A stretch of DNA of 64,000 nucleotides, from contig JBGAGQ010000012.1 of assembly GCA_044226625.1 (NCBI GenBank), positions 1-64,000 on the forward strand. Reading direction: 5' to 3'. The DNA comes from Thermoanaerobaculia bacterium (lineage in GTDB: Bacteria > Acidobacteriota > Thermoanaerobaculia > Multivoradales > UBA5704). How positions within the stretch are numbered: the stretch's first letter is position 1; the number at the start of each line of letters is the position of its first letter. The notes under the pieces are model-generated. The model saw only the letters and a list, made by a program, of their open reading frames with translations. It was not told the origin of the DNA and made no database searches. This document shows, piece after piece, positions 43,741-53,123 of the stretch. Position numbers and translations under genes: made by a program.

Positions 43741-43926
43741 TCAGCAAATGCAGGAGTTGAAGTCCGTGACGCGCGGCTGGCACTCCGCGAGGTACTTGGT
43801 GACGCAGCCCTGACAGACCGTGAACGAACAGCCGTTGGAGACGTTCGGCCCGGCGCCCGCGCCCGAGAGCGCTTCCGGATTCAGGTTCTGGAGGGTCTCG
43901 CGGTGGAGGGAGAGCTTCTTGCGCAT
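43741..43926 (-). CDS. putative RiPP (lanthipeptide-like) precursor peptide 2
   Basis: GAAGGA RBS; leader RKKLSLHRETLQNL; core with 6 Cys ending in SCIC. Confidence 0.75.
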   Translation of the reverse strand: MRKKLSLHRETLQNLNPEALSGAGAGPNVSNGCSFTVCQGCVTKYLAECQPRVTDFNSCIC

Positions 43927-44074
43927 GGTGGCATCCTTCGAGGGAAGTCCGCGGGCTTGAGCGACCGGGACTGGACTTGCCCTCTTAGGCGCAGCGCCCG
44001 AACCGTTTCCCTCACGCGCGGCGAAACGCGGCGAAATTCTCGAGCGAAGCGGCGGCGGTAGACTCGCGCCCTCG

Positions 44075-46345
44075 ATGGAATCGGTCCTCGTCCCCCTGCT
44101 CCCGGGCCTTTACATGGCGGCGCTCGCGGCCGTCTTACTGACCGCTTTGCGCCGATGGTGGGATCCCGTCCCTCTCGGCGTCGCGGCGGCGTTCGGCGTC
44201 GCGTTGCTCGCGCTGTTCGGCGGCGTGCTCTTCCGCGGCGAGATTCTCCTGCCGCTCGACAACCTGCGCGGAGAGGCGCCGTTTCGCGAGCTCGCCCCGA
44301 CCGTGCCACACGGCAACCTGATCCAGGGGGATCTGATCCAGCTCGTCGCGCCGAGCCAGGTGGAGGTCCGACGGGCGTTCGCGGAAGGTCGGTTGCCGTT
44401 CTGGAACGAACGGGTCGGAGCGGGCATGCCGCTGCTCGCCGATCCGCAGGCGCAGGTGCTCCAGCCGCTCGTGCTTCTCGCCCTGCCGTTCCCGCTCGGC
44501 GCCGCGGCCGGAGTGACGGCCGCGCTCCGCGTGCTGCTCGCGCTGGTCTTTACCTTCCTGTTCCTCCGGCGCGTGGGGCTCGGCTCGGGCGCGGCGCTCT
44601 GCGGCGCGTTCGGCTTCGGGCTCGGCGGCTTTGTCCTGCTCTGGCTCGGCTGGCCGATGGCGAGCTCGGCCGCCTGGCTGCCGGCGGTGCTCTACGCTTT
44701 GACCGTCCTGGCGCAACGGCAGGTCCGGCGCGACGCGTTCCTGCTCGGCTTCGCGCTGTTCGGACTGCTCCAGGCGGGTCACCCCGAAACGATCGCCTTC
44801 GCGCTCGTCTTCGCCGCGGCGTTCGCCCTGGTTCTCGCCCGTTCGCTCGCCGGCCGCTCGCGCCGCCCCTTCGGCACGCGCGCCGCCTGGGCGCTCGCGC
44901 TCGCCGTGGGGCTGGGCGCCCCGACGCTCCTGCCGGCGGCGCTCTACCTGCCGCACACGGCTCGCGCCGCGCGCGAGCAGGCCCGCCTCGCCGCGCTCGC
45001 CCCGTCCGGAGCGGCCGTCGTCGCGCGGACGATTCCGCTCTTCGCTCCGAACGCGCAGGGCAACAGCCGCTACCTCGACTATTGGGGGCCGAACAACACA
45101 AACGAGGACGCCTGCGCCTTCGCCGGCACGATCCTCCTGCTCGCCGCGCTCGTGGGGGCCGGGACCCTGCCCGGTGGACGCCGATCTGCTCGGGGCCGCG
45201 ATCTCGGAGGGGCCGCACGGGCGAGCCGCTTTCTCCTCGCCGCCGGAACGATCGCCGCCCTGGGCGCCGTGGGGCTAGGACGAACCCGGCTGCTCCTGAT
45301 CGCGGCCTTCGCCGTCGCCGCGCTCGGGGCGATCGCGATCGAGCGCTTCGCCCGCGGCGACGGCTCGCGCGCCGCGGCGCTCGGGCTCGGCCTCCTCCTC
45401 GCCGCGGGCCTCGCCTGGGCTTACCTCGCGCACCCCGACCCGGGCGATCCGGACCGCATGGCGGTCTTCCGGCTCGGCTGGCTCCGCTGGCAGCTCCGAT
45501 TCCTCGGCGCCGGCCTGGTGATCCTGATCGTCGCGCGGGGCCGACGGTTCCTGCCGTACCTGCTCGCGCCGCTCGTCGCCGCGGAGCTCTTCCTGATCCA
45601 CGCTCCGGCGAATCCGCCGATGCCCGCGCGCCTGCTCTTTCCGACTCCTCCGGCGATCCGGTTCCTCGAGGGCCACGTCCGGCCCGGGGAGCGGATCGCC
45701 GCGCTCGGCCGCGCGCTACCGCCGAACCTCGCGACGCTCTACGGGCTCTCGGACCTCCGCATCTACAACCCGGCGATGCCCGCGGCCTGGGAAAAGCTGG
45801 TCGCGCCGCTGGTCGACCGGCGCCTGGCACCGGGGCGCGGCGAGGTGCCGGCGTTTGGCCGGCCGCTCGATCCTCTCTATCCCCGTCTCGGCGTGCGCTT
45901 CCTGCTCACCGAGCCCGAGGCGACGCTGCCGCCGCCGCTCCGGCGGGTCTACTCGGACGGGGCGGCGCGGATCTGGGAGATCCCGGGCCCGTCGCCGCTC
46001 GCCTTCGCCGCCGGCCGCCCGGGACCGGAGGCGAGGCTCGGCATCGAGCGGCTCTCCCCCGCACATCTGCGTCTCCAGGTGCCTCCGGCGCTCCGCGGCA
46101 CGACCTGGCACCTCTCGACGGCCTTGTTCGACGACGGCGGTTGGCGCCTGCGGACCGACGACCGGGCCACGTCCACGGGCCACGAGCGGAACGCGCTCCT
46201 TTCAGCCGAGATCCCCGCCGGGACCGAGACGATCGAGATCGCCTACCGGCCGCCGGGGTTCGTCGCCGGCTGCCTGCTCGCGGCCCTCGCTGTCGGCGGG
46301 GCGATCCGCCGCGCCCGCGTGCCCGAACCGGTCGCTCGCGGCTAG
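44075..46345 (+). CDS. YfhO-like polytopic membrane protein (GT-C glycosyltransferase-like)
   Basis: LPFWNE...GMPLLAD.Q, AGHPET, many TM segments, C-terminal GW...G...I.Y.P domain. Confidence 0.78.
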   Translation: MESVLVPLLPGLYMAALAAVLLTALRRWWDPVPLGVAAAFGVALLALFGGVLFRGEILLPLDNLRGEAPFRELAPTVPHGNLIQGDLIQLVAPSQVEVRRAFAEGRLPFWNERVGAGMPLLADPQAQVLQPLVLLALPFPLGAAAGVTAALRVLLALVFTFLFLRRVGLGSGAALCGAFGFGLGGFVLLWLGWPMASSAAWLPAVLYALTVLAQRQVRRDAFLLGFALFGLLQAGHPETIAFALVFAAAFALVLARSLAGRSRRPFGTRAAWALALAVGLGAPTLLPAALYLPHTARAAREQARLAALAPSGAAVVARTIPLFAPNAQGNSRYLDYWGPNNTNEDACAFAGTILLLAALVGAGTLPGGRRSARGRDLGGAARASRFLLAAGTIAALGAVGLGRTRLLLIAAFAVAALGAIAIERFARGDGSRAAALGLGLLLAAGLAWAYLAHPDPGDPDRMAVFRLGWLRWQLRFLGAGLVILIVARGRRFLPYLLAPLVAAELFLIHAPANPPMPARLLFPTPPAIRFLEGHVRPGERIAALGRALPPNLATLYGLSDLRIYNPAMPAAWEKLVAPLVDRRLAPGRGEVPAFGRPLDPLYPRLGVRFLLTEPEATLPPPLRRVYSDGAARIWEIPGPSPLAFAAGRPGPEARLGIERLSPAHLRLQVPPALRGTTWHLSTALFDDGGWRLRTDDRATSTGHERNALLSAEIPAGTETIEIAYRPPGFVAGCLLAALAVGGAIRRARVPEPVARG

Positions 46346-46355
46346 AATCGCGACC

Positions 46356-46664
46356 ATGGCCGAGACGAAAAAGCTCTCCGTCCGCTGCCCCGATTGCGGC
46401 TCCGATCTGGTGGTCGACGCCGCGACCGGCGAGGTCCTCTCGCATCGCAAGCCGAAGGCGCCCCTCGGCGGCGGCCGCGATTTCGCCTCGCTGTTCCGCG
46501 AGCTCGACGAGAGCAAAGCGAAAGCGGAGACCCTGTTCGAGCGGGAGAAAGCGGCGTTCGAAGACCGCGACCGCCTGCTCGAAGAGAAGTTCCGCGAGGC
46601 GATGAAGCGCGCCGAGGAAGACCCGGATCAGGGACCTCCGAAGCGCCCGTTCGACCTCGACTAG
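46356..46664 (+). CDS. small zinc-ribbon protein
   Basis: VRCPDCG N-terminus, helical charged C-terminus ending PFDLD. Confidence 0.75.
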   Translation: MAETKKLSVRCPDCGSDLVVDAATGEVLSHRKPKAPLGGGRDFASLFRELDESKAKAETLFEREKAAFEDRDRLLEEKFREAMKRAEEDPDQGPPKRPFDLD

Positions 46665-46735
46665 CGCGTCTTTTGCGGCGGCGCGCACTCCCTTTCGGGG
46701 ACCAAACCCCACACGAAAGAGAAAGCGAGGCCCTA

Positions 46736-46885
46736 GTGAAGAAGCGCACTCCGCCCAAGCTCCTCCTCAACCGCGAAACGCTCAAGACCTTGACCGGCGA
46801 GAGCGCGAAGGACGGGCTCCAGGCCGTGGCCGGAGGCTTCACCTACTCCGACGTGCGCAACTGCAGCGTCTGCTACTGCGAGTAG
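46736..46885 (+). CDS. putative RiPP (lanthipeptide-like) precursor peptide 3 (49 aa)
   Basis: GTG after GCGAGG; VKKRTPPKLLLNRETLKTL...VAGG-FTYSDVRNCSVCYCE. Hidden at the end of the 46394..46885 ORF in the track. Confidence 0.7.
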   Translation: MKKRTPPKLLLNRETLKTLTGESAKDGLQAVAGGFTYSDVRNCSVCYCE

Positions 46886-46977
46886 TCGTCCCCCGGGAGG
46901 CGCGACCTCGGGCCGCCTCCCTTCTCTCCTTTCGATCCGCTTGCGAATCAAGGACTTGAGGTAAACTTCCACCCCGC

Positions 46978-48831
46978 GTGGCCCGCTCAAGGGCCCCCGC
47001 CGGACGCTTTTGGACCGCGCCCCCCGGTCGTCTGGGGATGCCTCGCGGCAGGGCGTCACGAGCGCGAAACGACCGCAGCATCCGAAATGCGCCTGGACGC
47101 GGTGCGACCGAGCAGAGAGCGCCCGCCAGCGAGCGCGTGAGAGAGGAGCCGAACTTGACCCCATGGTGGCTGCGCCCCACGGCCGAGGGCGCATCGAAGG
47201 AAGAAACGCCGCAAGAACCCGCATATACCGACAGGCCGAGCGAAACGCCCACCGAGGCTGCCGCTTCGAGCGAACTACCGAGCGTCGAACCGGCCGTCCA
47301 GGCGGCGGAGTGGACCAGCGCGCCGGTCGAAGAGACCCCGACCGCGGAATCGAGCGTCCCCGCTACGCCCCCCGCCGCCGAGATTCCCGCCTCGCCCCGG
47401 ATGGCCGTCCCCCCCGCCGAGCCCCCGCCGCCCGCGGCCCCCGCCGCCACCGGCTGGCGCTCGTGGCGGCAGCCCTCGGAAGAGGTCGCGCCGCCGGTCT
47501 CGTCGATCCTCGATCGCGAGCCGGAGCCCGCGCCGAGCTACTACGCCACCGAGAGATCGCCTTACCTCGAGCCGCCCGCGTCGAACGTGACGGCGAAGGA
47601 ACCCGCTGCGGAGGCCTCGGCCGCTCCCGTTGAGACGCCGGAGACCCTCGACGCCCTGGGTGTCCCTCCCCCCGCTCGCGGGGGGAGGCTAGGAGGGGGG
47701 CCAGAGCAAAACAACGCGGCCGAGCCGACCGAAATCACCGAGACCGGCGAGGTGATCGAGGCAGAGGTCGTCGAGATCTCCTCCGCGGCGGAGCCGGCCG
47801 GCGAAACGGAAGAAGCACGCGAAGGTCGCCGTCGCACCCGCCGCCGTGGCGGTCGCCGCCGCAACGGCCGCGCCGCCGCCGAGACCGCCCTTTCGGCGCA
47901 GCCCGAAGAGGACGAGGCCGAGGAGGACGAGGTCGAGGCGCCGATCGCCATCGCGCCGCCGGCCCGCCGCCCGCCGATCCAAGAAGACGCGGTCTTCCGG
48001 CGCCGCGAGGCGTTCGACTACGAAGCCGCGTTGCCGCCGCGCGAGATCGTGGTCACCGTCCCCGAGCGCCGGAGCGCCGACGAGCGGAAGATCGCCCTCT
48101 TCTGCGACCTGGAGAACGTCGCGCTCGGCGTGCGCGACTCCGACATCAAGAAGTTCGACATCGAGCTGGTGCTCGAGCGTCTGCTCGAGAAGGGCAAGAT
48201 CATCGTCAAGAAGGCCTACGCCGACTGGGAGCGCTACAGCGACTACAAGCGCCCGTTCCACGAGGCGGCGATCGAGCTGATCGACATCCCGCAGAAGCAC
48301 TACTCGGGCAAGAACAGCGCCGACATCAAGATGGTCGTCGACGCGATGGACCTCTCCTACTCGAAGGAGCACCTCGACACGTTCGTGCTCCTCTCGGGCG
48401 ACAGCGACTTCTCGCCGCTGGTCTCCAAGCTCAAGGAGAACAACAAGTACGTGATCGGGATCGGCGTGAAGAACTCCTCGTCGGCGCTGCTGATCGACAA
48501 CTGCGACGAGTTCATCTTCTACGAGGACGTCTGGCGCGACCAGCAGAAAGCGCCGCACGTGGTGGGCGTCAACAAGAAGAGCACCGAGGCGTTCAGCCTG
48601 ATGGTCGAGTCGATCCAGGCGCTCCTGCGCGAGAACAAGGACGTCCTCTGGGGCTCGATGATCAAGCAGACCATGCAGCGGAAGAAGCCGGCGTTCAACG
48701 AGGGGTACTACGGCTACAGCACCTTCTCCGAGCTTCTCGAAGACGCCGAGCGCAACAACGTGATCAAGCTCAAGAAGGACCAGCGCTCGGGCACTTACAT
48801 CGTGACCGGCTTCGCCGGCTCGAAGCGGTAG
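46978..48831 (+). CDS. NYN (LabA/DUF88) domain protein with OST-HTH and long disordered N-terminus
   Basis: ALFCDLEN, AYADW, GKNSADIKMVVDA, SGDSDFSPL, C-terminal YGYSTFSELLE. Start uncertain. Confidence 0.85.
   Translation: MARSRAPAGRFWTAPPGRLGMPRGRASRARNDRSIRNAPGRGATEQRAPASERVREEPNLTPWWLRPTAEGASKEETPQEPAYTDRPSETPTEAAASSELPSVEPAVQAAEWTSAPVEETPTAESSVPATPPAAEIPASPRMAVPPAEPPPPAAPAATGWRSWRQPSEEVAPPVSSILDREPEPAPSYYATERSPYLEPPASNVTAKEPAAEASAAPVETPETLDALGVPPPARGGRLGGGPEQNNAAEPTEITETGEVIEAEVVEISSAAEPAGETEEAREGRRRTRRRGGRRRNGRAAAETALSAQPEEDEAEEDEVEAPIAIAPPARRPPIQEDAVFRRREAFDYEAALPPREIVVTVPERRSADERKIALFCDLENVALGVRDSDIKKFDIELVLERLLEKGKIIVKKAYADWERYSDYKRPFHEAAIELIDIPQKHYSGKNSADIKMVVDAMDLSYSKEHLDTFVLLSGDSDFSPLVSKLKENNKYVIGIGVKNSSSALLIDNCDEFIFYEDVWRDQQKAPHVVGVNKKSTEAFSLMVESIQALLRENKDVLWGSMIKQTMQRKKPAFNEGYYGYSTFSELLEDAERNNVIKLKKDQRSGTYIVTGFAGSKR
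47662..47702. repeat. REP-like palindrome inside the NYN gene
   Basis: GTCCCTCCCCCCGCTCGCGGGGGGAGGCTAGGAGGGGGGCC, nearly identical to copies at 48969 and 56567. Confidence 0.8.
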
Positions 48832-48847
48832 AGCCGGACCGCAGCAG

Positions 48848-49007
48848 CCCCTACCTCGATCCTCCCCCGCAAGCGGGGGAGGAAGCTCTTGTCCGTTCGG
48901 GCTTTTCACCGCCGGTCGGCGGAGAGTTCCTCCTCTTCTCCTGCCATCCACCGTCGGCCCGGCGAAGGGTCCCTCCCCCCGCTTGCGGGGGGAGGCCAGG
49001 AGGGGGG
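48848..49007. repeat. inverted pair of REP-like palindromes (REPIN/BIME-like)
   Basis: CCTCCCCCGCAAGCGGGGGAGG (48861-48882) and CCTCCCCCCGCTTGCGGGGGGAGG (48972-48995) between convergent genes. Confidence 0.85.
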
Positions 49008-49010
49008 CGG

Positions 49011-49277
49011 CTACCCCGCGCTTCCGCGCCGCAAACTGCGCCCGACCCCCCAGGCGACGAGGCCGCCGAGCAGCGCCCATTCGAGCCCGCCGAAGACGAT
49101 CGAGCAGACGAACAGGGTCGCACCGCCCGTGCCCGAGTAGGCGAGCGAAGCGGGCAGCCCCATCCAGATCATCAGGTTGGACGCGCCGAAGGGATCCCAG
49201 GTCCGCCAGATCCAGAGCACGGCGAGGCCGTGGATCAGAAAGCCGGCGATCGCGGCGTGGCGGATCGCGTTCTTCAT
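49011..49277 (-). CDS. small hypothetical membrane protein
   Basis: Two to three hydrophobic segments; follows the FGE-like gene on the same strand. Confidence 0.55.
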   Translation of the reverse strand: MKNAIRHAAIAGFLIHGLAVLWIWRTWDPFGASNLMIWMGLPASLAYSGTGGATLFVCSIVFGGLEWALLGGLVAWGVGRSLRRGSAG

Positions 49278-49313
49278 TTGGACCTGGCTCACGTCCGATC
49301 GCTCCTCGCCGGC

Positions 49314-50000
49314 TCAGGCGCCGCTCGATGCGAGCCGAAAGCCGTAATCCGCGTAGCGCAGATGCGGCCGGATCGAGGAGCGCGCGGCGCAGCGGCTCCC
49401 TTTGATCTGATGCCGCCACGAGCCGCCGCGCGACGAGCGTCGCACACCGGTCGCCGGACCCTGCGGATCGGTTTCGGCCGAGACGGAATAGTAGCCCGCA
49501 TCGTATCGGTCGCCGCACCACTCGTGGACGTTCTCGCCTAGCCCGAAAAACCCGAGCGGATGCCGTGAAGGATAGGCGTCGACGACCTCCGGTCCGTTGC
49601 GCCAGCGCGCCGAATAATCCGCAAGCGACTCCGGGGGATCGTCCCCCCACGGATAGAGCACGTCGCGGCCGGCCCGTGCCGCGTACTCCCACTCGGCCTC
49701 GGTAGGCAGCCGGACCACCTCGCCGACCCGCCGGCCGAGCCAATCGCAGTAGGCGACCGCGTCGTCCCAAGACGGACCCACCGCGGGCATTCGCGGATCG
49801 CCGAACGCCGGCTCGCCCCAAAACGAAGGCGCCGCATGGCCGGTCTCGTCGAGGAAGGCCTGGTATTCGCACCGCAGCACGGGAGCCCGCGCGAGCCGAA
49901 ACGGCGAAAGCCGCACCCGATGCGCGGGATTTTCCTCGTCCCGCGGCCCGCCCCCCATCACGAACGTCCCGCCGGGGATCGCGATCCAGTCGGGGGTCAC
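49314..50000 (-). CDS. FGE-sulfatase (SUMF1/EgtB/PvdO) domain protein
   Basis: IPGGTFVMG, RLPTEAEWEYAAR, NVHEWC, RGGSW, GFRLA; lacks the FGE CxxxxC catalytic motif. Confidence 0.85.
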   Translation of the reverse strand: MTPDWIAIPGGTFVMGGGPRDEENPAHRVRLSPFRLARAPVLRCEYQAFLDETGHAAPSFWGEPAFGDPRMPAVGPSWDDAVAYCDWLGRRVGEVVRLPTEAEWEYAARAGRDVLYPWGDDPPESLADYSARWRNGPEVVDAYPSRHPLGFFGLGENVHEWCGDRYDAGYYSVSAETDPQGPATGVRRSSRGGSWRHQIKGSRCAARSSIRPHLRYADYGFRLASSGA

Positions 50001-50008
50001 GGCGCCGG

Positions 50009-50791
50009 CTACACCACCTCGACCCATTCGAGCTCGACCTCTCGACCGAGGATGCGGGCGGCGGTGCGGCGGAAGGAGTCGTTCAAGTCGGTGACCGCGA
50101 AGTGGTGGACCGGCGGGCTCTCGCGGTCGGTGAGGAGCCCCGCCGCTTCGAGGCCCGCGGCGACCGATTCGGCGATGGCTTGGGCGGAATCGATCAGGGC
50201 GACCGTCGGCCCCGCGACCCGTTCGAGCACCGGCACGAGCAGCGGATAGTGGGTGCAGCCGAGGACCAGCGTGTCGACCCGCGCGTCGAGCAGCGGCGCG
50301 AGATAACGCCGCGCCACGAGCTCCGTCACCTCGTCGTCGTGCCACCCTTCCTCGACCAGCGGCACGAACAGCGGGCAGGCGCGCGACAGCACGTCGAGCT
50401 CGGGGCGCAGGCGCAGCAGCGCGCGCGGATAGGCGTCGGAGCGCACGGTGGCCTCCGTCGCCAGCACGCCGATGCGCCCGTGGGTGTGGGCGGCAGCGCG
50501 CTCCGCGCCCGGCTCGATCACGCCCCAGGTCGGCAGATGCAGTTCGAGGTTCGGCAGGGCAAGGGCCGAGGCGGTGTTGCACGCGACGACGACCGCTTTG
50601 ACGCCGCGGCGTTCGAGGAAAGCGACGTTCCTCCGGGTGTAGCGGGTGACCGTATCTTCGGATTTCGAGCCGTAGGGAAGGCGCGCCGTGTCGCCCAGGT
50701 AGAGGATCGATTCGCGCGGCAGCCGCTTCTGGAGCGCCGCGACCACGGTGAGGCCGCCGACTCCGGAATCGAAGACGCCGATCGTATCCAT
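50009..50791 (-). CDS. murI: glutamate racemase
   Basis: [29 protein letters not shown]. Confidence 0.97.
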   Translation of the reverse strand: MDTIGVFDSGVGGLTVVAALQKRLPRESILYLGDTARLPYGSKSEDTVTRYTRRNVAFLERRGVKAVVVACNTASALALPNLELHLPTWGVIEPGAERAAAHTHGRIGVLATEATVRSDAYPRALLRLRPELDVLSRACPLFVPLVEEGWHDDEVTELVARRYLAPLLDARVDTLVLGCTHYPLLVPVLERVAGPTVALIDSAQAIAESVAAGLEAAGLLTDRESPPVHHFAVTDLNDSFRRTAARILGREVELEWVEVV

Positions 50792-50800
50792 GGCCGCGCG

Positions 50801-51376
50801 TTACGGGGCGAGAAGGCTGCGGTCGGCCGCGAATGGCCGGCTGGTGTCGAGATGGCCGCCGAAGCTCTCTCGCTGGACGCCGTTCCAGAGCAGGGCGACG
50901 CGCGAGACCTGCTCGACGTTCAAGGCGATCGAATCGACCAGGGAGTAGACGCGCTGCATCTCGGCGAGCGAGCCCGACGAGGGAGGATCGGCGAGCGTCT
51001 CGGAGCGGAGGTCGACGTAGGCCGTACCGTCGGCGGCGAGCAGGATCCCTCCGACCGTCACCCCCTCGGGGAACGACCGCCCGAGATCTCCCTGGCGCGG
51101 TCCTTCGAGCACCCCGAGGACGATCTTGCGCACGCGGTCCTTCGGCTCCGGCGTGACGTCGAGCACGCGCCGCTCCGGGATCAGGTACTCCCCCGGCCCC
51201 GGGAAGTAGAGCGAGACGGTGATCCGCTCGGTCCCCTCGGGAGCGGCGCCGGTCAAGCTGTCGATCACCCCGGTGAGGCTCTTCTTGCCGCCGCGGGTCG
51301 CGACGAGCCAGATCCCGCCGCCGATCACCACCAGGGCGAGCAGCGCAAGGATGACTTTCGCCGCGGTGCGATTCAT
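50801..51376 (-). CDS. GerMN-domain protein
   Basis: N-terminal TM, LYFP...E.R, AYVDL, GSLAE..VYSLV, GHLD; amidase-GerMN-murI order. Confidence 0.85.
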   Translation of the reverse strand: MNRTAAKVILALLALVVIGGGIWLVATRGGKKSLTGVIDSLTGAAPEGTERITVSLYFPGPGEYLIPERRVLDVTPEPKDRVRKIVLGVLEGPRQGDLGRSFPEGVTVGGILLAADGTAYVDLRSETLADPPSSGSLAEMQRVYSLVDSIALNVEQVSRVALLWNGVQRESFGGHLDTSRPFAADRSLLAP

Positions 51377-52986
51377 CGCGAGGCCCTTGGGCGGGCTCCG
51401 GGCGGGGCGGCGGGAGGAGGAGTCGGCCGAGCGGGGGCCGCGTCCGTACCGTTGCTCGGCGCACCCGGTGCCACCGAGGTACCCGGCGGCGCCGACGGAT
51501 CGCCGGGCGTCGCGCTCCGCGCTTCGACCAGGTCTTTGTAATGCCCCACCGCGCGCACCAGCGCGTCGACCAGCTGCGCCCGGTAGCCGGCGTCCTGCAG
51601 CTTCTTCTCCTCGTCCGGGTTGCTGATGAAGCCGAGCTCGACCAGGACTGCCGGCATGGCGGCGCCCATCAGCACGCGGAACGGCGCCTGCTTGACGCCC
51701 CGATCCTTGAGCTCCAACGCCTGGTTGAGCTCCCCCTGGATCATGTTCGCGATGCGCTGGCTCTGCTCCAGGTAGCGGCTCTGGGCGAGGTCCCAGAGCA
51801 TCAGCTGGAGGTCGTTCTGCACCGAGAGGTCGGTGTTGCCGGCCCCTGCGTCGGCGTTTTCCGCGTTCGCCGAGCTCTCGGCGCGCGGATCGGTCGCCCG
51901 GTTCGCGAGGAAGTAGGTCTCGGCGCCGTGGGCGCCCGAGCCGAGGGAGGAGTTCAGGTGGATCGAAAGGAACAGATCCGCCTTGTTCTGGTTGGCGATC
52001 GCCGTCCGGGCGTCGAGCGAGAGGATGACGTCGCTCGTCCGGGTGAGCTCGGTGCGGACGCCGAGCCGCTCGGCGAGCTGGCCGGCGAGCGCGCGGGCCA
52101 GCAGCAGGGTGAGCTCCTTTTCTTGGACGCCGCTCGGTCCGATCGCGCCGGTCTCGACGCCGCCGTGACCCGGATCGATCACGATGGTGCGGATCCCCGG
52201 CCGGTCGATCGCCGCCGACGGAGAGCCGACCGGCGTGGAGACCTCGCCCCCGCGATGGACGTCGAACACGATCCGGAACGGATTGTCGAGCGTGTAGCTC
52301 TCGGCCGACGCCCCGCGCAGCAGGCGGATCACCAGGCGGTCGGGGCTCGAGTCGACCCCTTCGACCAGCGGATCGTCGAGCGCGGACGGGAGCGAGGGGG
52401 CGATCCGGTCGCCCAGCATGCGCACCTCGATGCGGCCGGGCTGCTGCTGTTCGATCTTGTAACGCGGCGGCGACGGGAACTGGAGCACCACGGTCGTCGT
52501 CCCCTGCAGGTGGACGACGTCCACCGCGACGGGCACCAGGCGCGCCTGGCGTTTGGCGATCGCCAGCCGAGTGGCGTCCGCCTGCCATTCGAACGACCAG
52601 CCGGAAAGATCGCCGAACGTCTTCCGCAGCAGGTCGAGCGGGACCATGATGGCACCCCCGCCCGGGGTCACCGGCTGCGAGAGCGAGAAGATGTCGGAGC
52701 CCACGGTGACGACCGGGCTCCCGACGGCGAGCACCGTCTGGGTCTCGCCGATCGTGAGGAGGTAGCTTCCTCCCTCTCCCGGGCCGAGCTTGCCGCCGAG
52801 CGCGTCGGCGACCGGTCCCAGGGCAACGAGCGGTCCCGCGGGACCGACGACCACCTGGGCCGGGATCTCGCGCCCTTCCACCGTGACCGCCGCGGCGTGC
52901 GGTGGTGCTTCGGCTTGGGCGCCCAGGAGGGCGGGAAGGAGGAGTGCGAGCAGACGAAGGGAAAGACGCGAGCGACGAAAGTCCAC
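51373..52986 (-). CDS. N-acetylmuramoyl-L-alanine amidase (Amidase_3 with AMIN-like domains)
   Basis: IDPGHGG, QEK, SIHLNS, VLVELGFISN; signal peptide from GTG 52986. Confidence 0.92.
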   Translation of the reverse strand: MDFRRSRLSLRLLALLLPALLGAQAEAPPHAAAVTVEGREIPAQVVVGPAGPLVALGPVADALGGKLGPGEGGSYLLTIGETQTVLAVGSPVVTVGSDIFSLSQPVTPGGGAIMVPLDLLRKTFGDLSGWSFEWQADATRLAIAKRQARLVPVAVDVVHLQGTTTVVLQFPSPPRYKIEQQQPGRIEVRMLGDRIAPSLPSALDDPLVEGVDSSPDRLVIRLLRGASAESYTLDNPFRIVFDVHRGGEVSTPVGSPSAAIDRPGIRTIVIDPGHGGVETGAIGPSGVQEKELTLLLARALAGQLAERLGVRTELTRTSDVILSLDARTAIANQNKADLFLSIHLNSSLGSGAHGAETYFLANRATDPRAESSANAENADAGAGNTDLSVQNDLQLMLWDLAQSRYLEQSQRIANMIQGELNQALELKDRGVKQAPFRVLMGAAMPAVLVELGFISNPDEEKKLQDAGYRAQLVDALVRAVGHYKDLVEARSATPGDPSAPPGTSVAPGAPSNGTDAAPARPTPPPAAPPGARPRASR

Positions 52987-53123
52987 GAAGCGGGAGGATA
53001 CCACCGGCCCTCGACCTGGAATCGGCGGCCTGGACGTGGTAGATCTTCCGCCTGTTCTTCTGTCTGTTGTTGGGGTTTCACTCTCCAGCTCCGGCGAACG
53101 TCGTTTCAAGGGGGATCGAAGGT

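Noticed and set aside
49314-50000. FGE-like gene as a DGR target or true formylglycine-generating enzyme
   Set aside because: No reverse transcriptase or template repeat in the window, and the catalytic Cys motif is missing.
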